Origin: Bugula neritina
Taxonomy: Eukaryota > Animalia > Bryozoa
DNA: 64,000 bases
Assembly (NCBI GenBank): GCA_964035545.1
Contig: CAXIUT010000230.1
Coordinates: 1,612,001 to 1,676,000, forward strand
Direction: 5' to 3'
Each line of letters starts with the position of its first letter. The first letter of the stretch is position 1. This document shows, piece by piece, positions 30,137 to 44,100 of this stretch. Below the pieces are notes generated by a model, which had not been told where the DNA came from, ran no database searches, and saw nothing but the letters and a program-made list of their open reading frames with translations. The translations under genes and the position numbers were made by a program.

Positions 30137-30892
30137 CACAGGATAGTTAAGGGCATCCTCACTAAGAATGTCATAAATTTCTCTCAAAATGTAGTTCAGT
30201 TTCTTGAATAATATTGCTCTGCGGGTGGCATGCGTTTTGCCTACTTGTAATTGTTTAGCCTAAGATTAAACTACAACCAATAAGCAGCAACCTTCGTTAG
30301 GGCTGCGTTATCTATCAACATTCCATTATTGGTGCTTCATAAACAAAGTACAAAGCAAGCTATTCATTATAGCCTGCCAGCTAGCTAGCCTGTAATTATT
30401 ATGTAGGCGCCAATATCTTCTCATCTCTACGTGCTCAGTGAAGCGTGAAGTGCTGCGCGCTGCTAGTTTCTTATGAGAAAATATGGCATTTTCAGTGTAT
30501 AAATCACCAGTTTATGAGCAATCTAGCAGAGTTATTGAAAAAAGAAAAAAACTTACACTGGAGATATATCTCAGGATTCCAGCAGTGTAGTTTTTATTCA
30601 GATATCATGCTTTGCTGCTGAGATATTTTACTGGTACTGAAAAGTCAGCTTTTCAGGCAAAATTGGCCAAAATTTGGCAGTTTTTTGTCTATAACTTCGC
30701 AAAAAAAATGAAAATTGAAATTGCCAAAAAACTTACACTGGAGAAAAAGAAGATCTACAACATAGTTTTTAAATTTTGACTCTAGCACAATTAGGTGAGA
30801 TTTTATTTTACTGGTACTGAAATCTTATATGATTACAATGCAAACCTCAGCAAGGCAGTTGCAGCTAAAAGGTTGCCCTTAACTATCCTGTG
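30137..30892. mobile_element. 756-bp non-autonomous DNA transposon (MITE-like) with 19-bp perfect TIRs and 2-bp TA target-site duplication; superfamily uncertain (CMC/EnSpm-like CACAG end or Tc1/mariner-like TA target)
   Basis: CACAGGATAGTTAAGGGCA at 30137-30155 and its exact reverse complement at 30874-30892 (extends to 22/23). TA at 30135-36 and 30893-94. Removing the element plus one TA restores the satellite motif GCTGTAGCATACTGAAAGACACTACAACTC seen in many other copies. No transposase ORF. Confidence 0.95.
30546..30822 (+). repeat. Internal paired direct repeats of the TA element: two 19-bp boxes, each repeated at exactly 180 bp
   Basis: AAAAAACTTACACTGGAGA at 30546-30564 and 30726-30744; TATTTTACTGGTACTGAAA at 30624-30642 and 30804-30822. 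The sequence between the boxes is largely diverged. Confidence 0.9.
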
Positions 30893-33800
30893 TAGCATAC
30901 TGAAAGACACTACAACTCACTGAATGATAGTGTGATATACGGAAATGTACTGCAACATGCCCAAATATACTGCAACACACTGAAACATAAGGCAACATAC
31001 TGAAATATACTGCGATGCATTGAAATATACTGCAACATACTAAAATATACTGCAAAATACTGCAACATCCTAAAATACACTGTAACATACTGAAATACAC
31101 TGCAACACCTTGTAAAATACTGCAACATACTTAAACATACAGCAACATACTAAAATACACTATAACATATTGAAATACACTGCAACATACTGAAATACAC
31201 TATAACCTATTGAAATATACTGCAACATACTGAATTACACTCTAACAAACTGAAATATGCTGTAGCCTACTGAATTACACTGCAACACACTAAAGTATAC
31301 TGTAATATACTGAAATGTGCTGCGACATACTGAATTACACTGCAACATACTGCAACATACTGAAATACACTGTAACATAATGAAATATGCTGTAGCACAC
31401 TGAAATACACTGCAACACACTGAAGTATACTGTAATATACTGAAATGTACTGCAACATACTGGAATATACTGTAACACACTGAAATATACTCTAAAATAC
31501 CGAAATACACTGTAACATACTGAAATAAGCTGCAACATACTGCAACATACTGAATTACACTTGAACACAATGAAATACACTGAAACACATTGAAATATGC
31601 TGCAACATATCGAAGTATACTGTAATACACTGAAATATAATGCAACCTACTGAATTATACTGCAACATAATGCAACATACTGAAATACACTACAACATAC
31701 TGCAACATACTGAAATACACTGGAACATATTGAAATACACTGCGACACATTGAATTATACTGCAACACACTGAAGTATACTGTAATACACTGAAAGATAA
31801 TGCAACATGCTGAATTATACTGCAACATAGTGCAACATACTGAAATACACTACAACATACTGCAACATACTGAAATACACTGTGATACACTGAAATAAAC
31901 TGCAACATACTGCAATATACTGCAACATACTGAAAGAAACTGAGACACATTAAAATAAACCGCAACATACTGAAATATACTGCAAAATACTGCAAAATAC
32001 TAAAATACACTGCAACATACTGCAACATACTGAACTACACTGGAACATATTGAAGTACACTGCGACACATTAAAATATACTGCAACACACTGAAACATAA
32101 GACAACATACTGAAATATACTGCAACATACTGAAAGAAACTGAGACACATTAAAATATACCGCAACATACTGAAATATACTGCAAAATACTGCGAAATAC
32201 TAAAATACACTGCAACATACTGCAACATACTGAAATACACTGGTACATATTGAAATACACTGCGACACATTAAAATATACTGCAACACACTGAAACATAG
32301 GGCAACATACCGAAGTATACTGCGACACGTTGAGAAATACTGCAACATACTGAAATATACTGCAAGTGGTGCAACATACTGAAATACACTGTGACACAGT
32401 GAAATACACTGCCACATACTGCAACATACTGCAACATACTGAAATACACTGCAACACCTTGAAAAATACTGCAACATACTTAAACATACGGCAACATACT
32501 AAAATACACTATAACATATTGAAAGATACTGCAACATACTGAAATACACTAAAACATATTGAAATTAGCTGTAGCATACTGAAATATACTGCCACACACT
32601 GAAGTATACTGTAATATACAGAAATGTACTGTAACATACTGTAACATACTAAAACATACGGCAACATACCACAACATACTGAAATATACTGCGACGCATT
32701 AAAATATACTGCAACATACTGAAGCATACTGCAACATACTGCAACATACTAAAATACACTGCAACATACTGAAATTTATTGCAACACATTAAAACATACT
32801 GCAACACACTGAAACGTACTGCAACTTACTGAAATATACTGCAACATACTGAAATACTCTATAACATATTGAAATATACTGCAACATACTGAATTACACT
32901 CTGACATACTGAAATATGCTGTAGCATACTGAAATACACTGCAACACATTGAAATATACTGCAAAATACTGCAAAATACTAAAATACACTGCAACATACT
33001 GCAACATACTGAAATACACTGGAACATATTGAAATACACTGCGACACATTAAAATATACTGCAACACACTGAAACATAGGGCAACATACCGAAGTATACT
33101 GCGACACGTTGAAAAATACTGCAACATACTGAAATATACTGCAAGTGGTGCAACATACTGAAATACACTGTGACACAGTGAAATACACTGCCACATACTG
33201 CAACATACTGCAACATACGGAAATACACTGCAACACCTTGAAAAATACTGCAACATACTTAAACATACGGCAACATACTAAAATACACTATAACATATTG
33301 AAATATACTGCAACATACTGAAATACACTAAAACATATTGAAATATGCTGTAGCATACTGAAATATACTGCCACACACTGAAGTATACTGTAATATACAG
33401 AAATGTACTGTAACATACTGTAACATACTGAAACATACGGCAACATACCGCAACATACCACAACATACTGAAATATACTGCGACGCATTAAAATATACTG
33501 CAACATACTGAAGTATACTGCAACATACTGCAACATACTAAAATACACTGCAACATACTGAAATACATTGCAACACATTAAAACATACTGCAACTTACTG
33601 AAACGTACTGCAACTTACTGAAATATACTGCAACATACTGAAATACTCTATAACATATTGAAATATACTGCAACATACTGAATTACACTCTAACGTACTG
33701 AAATATGCTGTAGCATACTGAAATACACTGCAACACATTGAAATATACTGCAGCATACCGAAATGAATGGTAAACTAACGAAATAAACTGTAACATAATG

Positions 33801-36800
33801 AAACATACCGGAACATACTGCAACATAATAAAATATACTGTAACAGACTGAAATATACTGCAACATACTGAAATATACTGCAACATACTGAAACGTACGC
33901 AACATACTGAAATACGCTGCAACATACTGTAATATACTGCAAGATACTGCAAAACACTGAGTACACTGTGTCATACTGAAATACACTGCAACATACTGCA
34001 AGATATTGCTACATACTGAATTACACTGTAACATATTGAAATACACTGCATCATACTGCAACATACTGAAATACACTGAAAAATATTGATAAACACTGCA
34101 ACACATTGAAATATACTGCAACACACTGAAACATAAGGCAACATACTGATATATCCTGCGACACATTGAAATATACTGCAACATACTAAAATATACTCCA
34201 ACATACTGCAACTTCCTAAAATACACTGTCACATACTGAAATACACTGCATTACATTGAAAATTACTGCAACATACGGAAGCATACGGCAACATACTGAA
34301 ATATACTGTAACATACTCAAATACACTATAACATGTTGAAATATACTGCAACATACTGAAATACACTATAATATATTGAAATATGCTGTACCATACTGAA
34401 ATACACTGCAACAAACTGGTGTATACTGTTATATACAGAAATTTACTGTAACATACTGAAATATGCTACAAGATACTGAAATATACTGTAACATACTGAA
34501 ATACGCTGCAACATTCTGAAATATACTGCAAGATTCTGCAACATACTGAAATACACTGAAATACACTGTAACATATTAAAATACATTGCAAAACATCGAA
34601 ATATACTGCAACATACTGAAATATGCTGTAGCATACTGAAAGACACTACAACTCACTGAAGGATAGTGTGATATACGGAAATTTACTGCAACATGCCCAA
34701 ATATACTGCAACACACTGAAACATAAGGCAACATACTGAAATATACTGCGATGCATTGAAATATACTGCAACATACTAAAATATACTGCAACATACTGCA
34801 ACATCCTAAAATACACTGTAACATACTGAAATACACTGCAACACCTTGAAAAATACTGCAACATACTTAAAGATACGGCAACATACTAAAATACACTATA
34901 ACATATTGAAATATACTGCAACATACCGAAATACACTATAAAATATTGAAATATACTGCAACATACTGAATTACACTCTAACAAACTGAAATATGCTGTA
35001 GCATACTGAATTACATTGCAACACACTGAAGTATATTGTAATATACTGAAATGTACTGCGACATACTGAATTACACTGCAACATACTGCAACATACTGAA
35101 ATACACTGTAACATAATGAAATATGCTGTAGCACACTGAAATACACTGCAACACACTGAAGTATACTGTAATATACTGAAATGTACTGCAACATACTGGA
35201 ATATACTGTAACACACTGAAATATACTCTAAAATACCGAAATACACTGTAACATACTGAAATAAGCTGCAACATACTGCAACATATTGAATTACACTTGA
35301 ACACAATGAAATACACTGAAACACATTTAAATATGCTGCAACATACCGAAGTATACTGTAATACACTGAAATATAATGCAACATACTGAATTATACTGCA
35401 ACATAATGCAACATACTGAAATACACTACAACATACTGCAACATACTGAAATACACTGGAACATATTGAAATACACTGCGACACATTGAATTATACTGCA
35501 ACACACTGAAGTATACTGTATTACACTGAAATATAATGCAACATGCTGAATTATACTGCAACATAGTGCAACATACTGAAATACACTACAACATACTGCA
35601 ACATACTGAAATACACTGTGATACACTGAAATACACTGCAACATACTGCAATATACTGCAACATACTGAAAGAAACTGAGACACATTAAAATAAACCGCA
35701 ACATACTGAAATATACTGCAAAATACTGCAAAATACTGAAATACACTGCAACACATTGAAATATACTGCAAAATACTGCAAAATACTAAAATACACTGCA
35801 ACATACTGCAACATACTGAAATACACTGGAACATATTGAAATACACTGCGACACATTAAAATATACCACAACACACTGAAACATAGGGCAACATACCGAA
35901 GTATACTGCGACACGTTGAAAAATACTGCAACATACTGAAATATACTGCAAGCCGTGCAACATACTGAAATACACTGTGACACAGTGAAATACACTGCCA
36001 CATACTGCAACATACTGCAACATACTGAAATACACTGCAACACCTTGAAAAATACTGCAACATACTTAAACATACGGCAACATACTAAAATACACTATAA
36101 CATATTGAAATATACTGCAACATACTGAAATACACTAAAACATATTGAAATATGCTGTAGCATACTGAAATATACTGCCACACACTGAAGTATACTGTAA
36201 TATACAGAAATGTACTGTAACATACTGTAACATACTGAAACATACGGCAACATACCGCAACATACCACAACATACTGAAATATACTGCGACGCATTAAAA
36301 TATACTGCAACATACTGAAGTATACTGCAACATACTGCAACATACTAAAATACACTGCAACATACTGAAATACATTGCAACACATTAAAACATACTGCAA
36401 CATACTGAAACGTACTGCAACTTACTGAAATATACTGCAACATACTGAAATACTCTATAACATATTGAAATATACTGCAACATACTGAATTACACTCTAA
36501 CATACTGAAATATGCTGTAGCGTACTGAAATACACTGCAACACATTGAAATATACTGCAGCATACCGAAATGAATGGTAAACTAACGAAATAAACTGTAA
36601 CATAATGAAACATACCGGAACATACTGCAACATAATAAAATATACTGTAACAGACTGAAATATACTGCAACATACTGAAATATACTGCAACATACTGAAA
36701 CGTACGCAACATACTGAAATACGCTGCAACATACTGTAATATACTGCAAGATACTGCAAAACACTGAGTACACTGTGTCATACTGAAATACACTGCAACA

Positions 36801-37405
36801 TACTGCAAGATATTGCTACATACTGAATTACACTGTAACATATTGAAATACACTGCATCATACTGCAACATACTGAAATACACTGAAAAATATTGATAAA
36901 CACTGCAACACATTGAAATATACTGCAACACACTGAAACATAAGGCAACATACTGATATATCCTGCGACACATTGAAATATACTGCAACATACTAAAATA
37001 TACTCCAACATACTGCAACTTCCTAAAATACACTGTCACATACTGAAATACACTGCATTACATTGAAAATTACTGCAACATACGGAAGCATACGGCAACA
37101 TACTGAAATATACTGTAACATACTCAAATACACTATAACATATTGAAATATACTGCAACATACCGAAATACACTATAATATATTGAAATATGCTGTACCA
37201 TACTGAAATACACTGCAACAAACTGGTGTATACTGTTATATACAGAAATTTACTGTAACATACTGAAATATGCTACAAGATACTGAAATATACTGTAACA
37301 TACTGAAACGTACGCAACATACTGAAATACGCTGCAACATTCTGAAATATACTGCAAGATTCTGCAACATACTGAAATACACTGAAATACACTGTTACAT
37401 ATTAA
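30893..37405 (+). repeat. 10-bp satellite, middle segment between the two transposons
   Basis: Same monomers and orientation; resumes exactly where it was interrupted. Confidence 0.99.
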
Positions 37406-38094
37406 CCCTTACGCAATCAATGGACCATATATGTCCCTGAAAGCGACACTATCCACAGATCAATGGACCATATATGGTCTTTTAGGTAAACAAACAATAG
37501 CGCTTACTTCAAACTTCCAGTTTTCAACTGAAAAGCCTAAAACTTTTTGTAATTGAAGTTGATAGGACAGCTTAGTATTTTTGGAATAATTAGAGCCTTT
37601 AAATTTGATTAAATTAATAGCTACCAAGCCAGCTAGTTGCTTTTCAATTTAATCCCTAAATTTCAAAATTGTCGGTAAATTTTAACGCTACTTTCAAATG
37701 CATGAAACTGCTGTCAAATTATAGAGAGCCAGTTTATTTTATTCAGATTACATTTAGAAGAACATCTAAATAGACAGAAATGTTAAATTCACTATATTTT
37801 GAATCATATTATAAATTAATTTTATCATTTTAAATTTTCAATTTTAAAATGGCGGTTTTGAGAGGCAAATCAAAATGACTGATTTTAGCTAGAATTGAGG
37901 TCTCCCGTCACTTCAAGAAGCTTTTTATAAAAGAAAATACTCTTAAAATTATATTATCCAGTTTAATTAAGGCCAAAATCAAGTGTAACTTTTTAATAAT
38001 GAAATTGGAAGTTATGCAAATTTTTTTAGCAAATTTCGCGATAAACTCAAACGAGGCTTGAAATTACGCAACTTCAAAGTTGATCGCCAAAGGG
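37406..38094. mobile_element. 689-bp non-autonomous piggyBac-superfamily element (MITE-like)
   Basis: TTAA at 37402-05 and 38095-98; termini CCC...GGG. Imperfect 15-bp TIRs: CCCTTACGCAATCAA versus reverse-complemented right end CCCTTTGGCGATCAA (12/15). Empty site ACATA-TTAA-AATACATTGC in the paralogous copy at 34576-79. AT-rich interior with no ORF of 60 aa or more. Confidence 0.93.
37416..37479 (+). repeat. Left subterminal direct repeat with palindrome in the piggyBac element
   Basis: ATCAATGGACCATATATG at 37416-37433 and 37459-37476. The second copy contains the perfect 14-bp palindrome GACCATATATGGTC (37466-37479). Confidence 0.9.
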
Positions 38095-41000
38095 TTAAAA
38101 TACATTGCAAAACATCGAAATATACTGCAACATACTGAAATATGCTGTAGCATACTGAAAGACACTACAACTCACTGAAGGATAGTGTGATATACGGAAA
38201 TTTACTGCAACATGCCCAAATATACTGCAACACACTGAAACATAAGGCAACATACTGAAATATACTGCGATGCATTGAAATATACTGCAACATACTAAAA
38301 TATACTGCAACATACTGCAACATCCTAAAATACACTGTAACATACTGAAATACACTGCAACACCTTGAAAAATACTGCAACATACTTAAAGATACGGCAA
38401 CATACTAAAATACACTATAACATATTGAAATATACTGCAACATACCGAAATACACTATAAAATATTGAAATATACTGCAACATACTGAATTACACTCTAA
38501 CAAACTGAAATATGCTGTAGCATACTGAATTACATTGCAACACACTGAAGTATATTGTAATATACTGAAATGTACTGCGACATACTGAATTACACTGCAA
38601 CATACTGCAACATACTGAAATACACTGTAACATAATGAAATATGCTGTAGCACACTGAAATACACTGCAACACACTGAAGTATACTGTAATATACTGAAA
38701 TGTACTGCAACATACTGGAATATACTGTAACACACTGAAATATACTCTAAAATACCGAAATACACTGTAACATACTGAATAAAGCTGCAACATACTGCAA
38801 CATACTGAATTACACTTGAACACAATGAAATACACTGAAACACATTGAAATATGCTGCAACATACCGAAGTATACTGTAATACACTGAAATATAATGCAA
38901 CATACTGAATTATACTGCAACCTAATGCAACATACTGAAATACACTACAACATACTGCAACATACGGAAATACACTGGAACATATTGAAATACACTGCGA
39001 CACATTGAATTATACTGCAACACACTGAAGTATACTGTAATACACTGAAATATAATGCAACATGCTGAATTATACTGCAACATAGTGCAACATACTGAAA
39101 TACACTACAACATACTGCAACATACTGAAATACACTTTGATACAGTGAAATACATTGCAACATACTGCAATATACTGCAACATACTGAAAGAAACTGAGA
39201 CACATTAAAATAAACCGCAACATACTGAAATATACTGCAAAATACTGCAAAATACTAAAATACACTGCAACATACTGCAACATACTGAAATACACTGGAA
39301 CATATTGAAATACACTGCGACACATTAAAATATACTGCAACACACTGAAACATAAGGCAACATACTGAAAGATACTGCGATGCATTGAAATATACTGCAA
39401 CATACTGCAATATACTGCAACATACTGAAAGAAACTGAGACACATTAAAATATACCGCAACATACTGAAATATACTGCAAATACTGCAAAATACTAAAAT
39501 ACACTGCAACATACTGCAACATACTGAAATACACTCGAACATATTGAAATACACTGCGACACATTAAAATATACTGCAACACACTGAAACATAGGGCAAC
39601 ATACCGAAGTATACTGCGACACGTTGAAAAATACTGCAACATACTGAAATACACTATAACATATTGAAATATACTGCAACATACTGAATTACACTGCAAC
39701 ACACTAAAGTATACTGTAATATACTGAAATGTGCTGCGACATACTGAATTATACTGCAACATACTGCAACATACTGAAATACACTGTAACATAATGAAAT
39801 ATGCTGTAGCACACTGAAATACACTGCAACACACTGAAGTATACTGTATTATACTGAAATGTACTGCAACATACTGGAATATACTGTAACACACTGAAAT
39901 ATACTCTAACATACCGAAATACACTGTAACACACTGAAATAAACTGCAACATACTGCAACATACTGAATTACATTTGAACATAATGATATACACTGAAAC
40001 ACATTGAAATATACTGCAACATACCGAAATGAATGGTAAACTAGTGAAATATACTGTAACATAATGAAACATACCGGAACATACTGCAACATAATAAAAT
40101 ATACTGTAACACACTGAAATATGCTACAAGATACTGAAATATACTGTAACATACTGAAACGTACGCAACAAACTGAAATACGCTGCAACATACTGAAATA
40201 TACTGCAAGAGACTGCAACATACTGAAATACACCGAAATACACTGTAACATATTAAAATACATTGCAAAACATCGAAATATACTGCAACATACTGAAATA
40301 TGCTGTAGCATACTGAAAGACACAACAACTCACTGAAGGATAGTGTGATATACGGAAATGTACTGCAACATGCCAAATATACTGCAACACACTGAAACAT
40401 AAGGCAACATACTGAAATATACTGCGATGCATTGAAATATACTGCAACATACTAAAATATACTGCAACATACTGCAACATCCTAAAATACACTGTAACAT
40501 ACTGAAATACACTGCAACATACTGAATTACACTCTAACAAACTGAAATATGCTGTAGCATACTGAATTACACTGCAACACACTAAAGTATACTGTAATAT
40601 ACTGAAATGTGCTGCGACATACTGAAACGTACGCAACATACTGAAATATACTGCGACGCAATAAAATATACTGCAACACACTGAATTACACTCTAACATA
40701 CTGAAATAGGCTGTAGCATACTGAAATACAGTGCCACACACTGAAGTATACTGTAATATACAGAAATGTACTGTAACATACTGAAACACACGGCAACACA
40801 CTGAAATGTACTGTAACATACTGAATTATACTGCAACGTAGTGCAACGTACTGAAATACACTGTAACATAATGAATTATATTGCAACACATTAAAAAATA
40901 CTGCAACTGAATTACACTCTAACATACTGAAATAGGCTGTAGCATACTGAAATACAGTGCCACACACTGAAGTATACTGTAACATACTGAAATATACGGC

Positions 41001-41149
41001 AACATACTGAAACATACTGTAACATACTGAAATATACTGCAACATACTAAATTACACTCCAACATACTGAAATATGCTCTAGCATACTGAAATACACTGC
41101 AACACAGTGGAGTATACTGTAATACACTGAAATGTACTGCAACATACTG

Positions 41150-44100
41150 AAATACACTGCAACACCCTGAAGTATACTGTAATATACTGAAATGTTATGC
41201 AACGTACTGAAAAATAATGCAACGCGTTGAATTACACTATAACATATTGAAATATACCGCAAGATACTGAAATGTAGTGTAATATACAGATATGAACTGT
41301 AACATACTGAAATATACTGTAACACACTCAAACATACTCTAACATACTGAAATAGACTGTAACATACTGAAATATACTGCAACATACTGAAATGTACTGC
41401 AACATACTGAAGTATACTGCAACATAGTGCAATGTACCGTAATACACTGTAACATACTGAAATAAACTGCAACATACTGCAACATACTGAATTACACTTG
41501 AACATAATGAAATACACTGAAACACATTGAAATATACTGCAACATACCGAAATGAATGGTAAACTAGTGAAATATACTGTAACCTAATGAAACATACCGG
41601 AACATACTGCAACATAATAAAATATACTGTAACACACTGAAATATGCTACAAGATACTGAAATATACTGTAACATACTGAAACGTACGCAACATACTGAA
41701 ATACGCTGCAACATACTGAAATATACTGCAAGATACTGCAACATACTGAAATACACTGAAATACACTGTAACATATTAAAATACATTGCAAAACATCGAA
41801 ATATACTGCAACGTACTGAAATTTGCTGTAGCATACTGAAAGACACTACAACTCACTGAAGGATAGTGTGACATACGGAAATGTACTGCAACATGCCCAA
41901 ATATACAGCAACACACTGAAACAAAAGGCAACATACTGAAATATACTGCGATGCATTGAAATATACTGCAACATACTAAAATATACTGCAACATACTGCA
42001 ACATCCTAAACTACACTGCAACATACTGAAATACACTGCAACACCTTGAAAAATACTGCAACATACTTAAACATACGGCCACATACTAAAATACACTATA
42101 ACATATTGAAATATACTGCAACATACTGAAATACACTATAACATATTGAAATATACTGCAACATACTGAATTACACTCTAACAAACTGAAATATGCTGTA
42201 GCATACTGAATTACCCTGCAACACACTAAAGTATACTGTAATATACTGAAATGTGCTGCGACATACTGAATTATACTGCAACATACTGCAACATACTGAA
42301 ATACACTGTAACATAATGAAATATGCTGTAGCACACTGAAATACACTGCAACACACTGAAGTATACTGTAATATACTGAAATGTACTGCAACATACCTGA
42401 ATATACTGTAACACACTGAAATATACTCTAACATACCGAAATACACTGTAACACACTAAAATAAACTGCAACATACTGCAACATACTGAATTACATTTGA
42501 ACATAATGATATAGACTGAAACACATTGAAATATACTGCAACATACCGAAATGAATGGTAAACTAGTGAAATATACTGTAACATAATGAAACATACCGGA
42601 ACATACTGCAACATAATAAAATATACTGTAACACACTGAAATATGCTACAAGATACTGAAATATACTGTAACATACTGAAACGTACGCAACATACTGAAA
42701 TACGCTGCAACATACTGAAATATACTGCAAGATACTGCAACATACTGAAATACACTGAAATACACTGTAACATATTAAAATACATTGCAAAACATCGAAA
42801 TATACTGCAACATACTGAAATATGCTGTAGCATACTGAAAGACACTACAACTCACTGAAGGATAGTGTGATATACAGAAATGTGCTGCGACATACTGAAT
42901 TATACTGCAACATAATGCAACATACTGAAATACACTACAACATACTGCAACATACTGAAATACACTGTGATACACTGAAATACACTGCAACATACTGCAA
43001 TATACTGCAACATACTGAAAGAAACTGAGACACATTAAAATAAACCGCAACATACTGAAATATACTGCAAAATACTGCAAAACACTAAAATACACTGCAA
43101 CATACTGCAATATACTGAAATACACTGGAACATATTGAAATACACTGCGACACATTAAAATATACTGCAACACACTGAAACATAAGGCAACATACTGAAA
43201 GATACTGCGATGCATTGAAATATACTGCAACATACTGCAATATACTGCAACATACTGAAAGAAACTGAGACACATTAAAATATACCGCAACATACTGAAA
43301 TATACTGCAAAATACTGCAAAATACTAAAATACACTGCAACATACTGCAACATACTGAAATACACTCGAACATATTGAAATACACTGCGACACATTAAAA
43401 TATACTGCAACACACTGAAACATAGGGCAACATACCGAAGTATACTGCGACACGTTGAAAAATACTGCAACATACTGAAATACACTATAACATATTGAAA
43501 TATACTGCAACATACTGAATTACACTCTAACAAACTGAAATATGCTGTAGCATACTGAATTACACTGCAACACACTAAAGTATACTGTAATATGCTGAAA
43601 TGTGCTGCGACATACTGAATTATACTGCAACATACTGCAACATACTGAAATACACTGTAACATACTGAAATATACTGTAACACACTCAAACATACTCTAA
43701 CATACTGAAATAGACTGTAACATACTGAAATATACTGCAACATACTGAAATGTACTGCAACATACTGAAGTATACTGCAACATAGTGCAATGTACCGTAA
43801 TACACTGTAACATACTGAAATATGCTGTAGCACACTGAAATACACTGCAACACACTGAAGTATACTGTAATATACTGAAATGTACTGCAACATACTGGAA
43901 TATACTGTAACACACTGAAATATACTCTAACATACCGAAATACATGTAACACACTGAAATAAACTGCAACATACTGCAACATACTGAATTACATTTGAAC
44001 ATAATGATATACACTGAAACACATTGAAATATACTGCAACATACCGAAATGAATGGTAAACTAGTGAAATATACTGCAACATAATGAAACATACCGGAAC

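Larger units (their letters stand above)
32926..39255 (+). repeat. 2807-bp tandem duplication; the second copy carries the piggyBac insertion
   Basis: ORF offsets are 2807 before the insertion (33278/36085, 33683/36490, 34229/37036) and 3519 after it (34576/38095, 34886/38405). 3519 = 2807 + 693 (element plus TSD) + a 19-bp indel. Confidence 0.92.

Noticed and set aside
30137-30175. RAG/Transib recombination-signal-like end (CACAG...), and CACTGTG heptamers in the satellite
   Set aside because: The TSD is 2 bp rather than 5 bp and no properly spaced nonamer was seen. CACTGTG is a one-step variant of the satellite word CACTGTA.
29870-30187. ORF starting inside the TA element (MREIYDILSEDALNYPVY...) as a transposase fragment
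   Set aside because: Only ~17 codons derive from the element before it reads into satellite; there is no DDE or other transposase motif.
30549-30556. Minus-strand splice-donor-like GTAAGT in both copies of the first 19-bp box
   Set aside because: No supporting exon or ORF, and a 6-mer match alone is insufficient.
38008-38075. Imperfect inverted repeat near the right end of the piggyBac element (GAAGTTATGCAAATT / AAATTACGCAACTTC)
   Set aside because: Only about 11/15 matches in very AT-rich sequence; not distinguishable from chance without other family copies.
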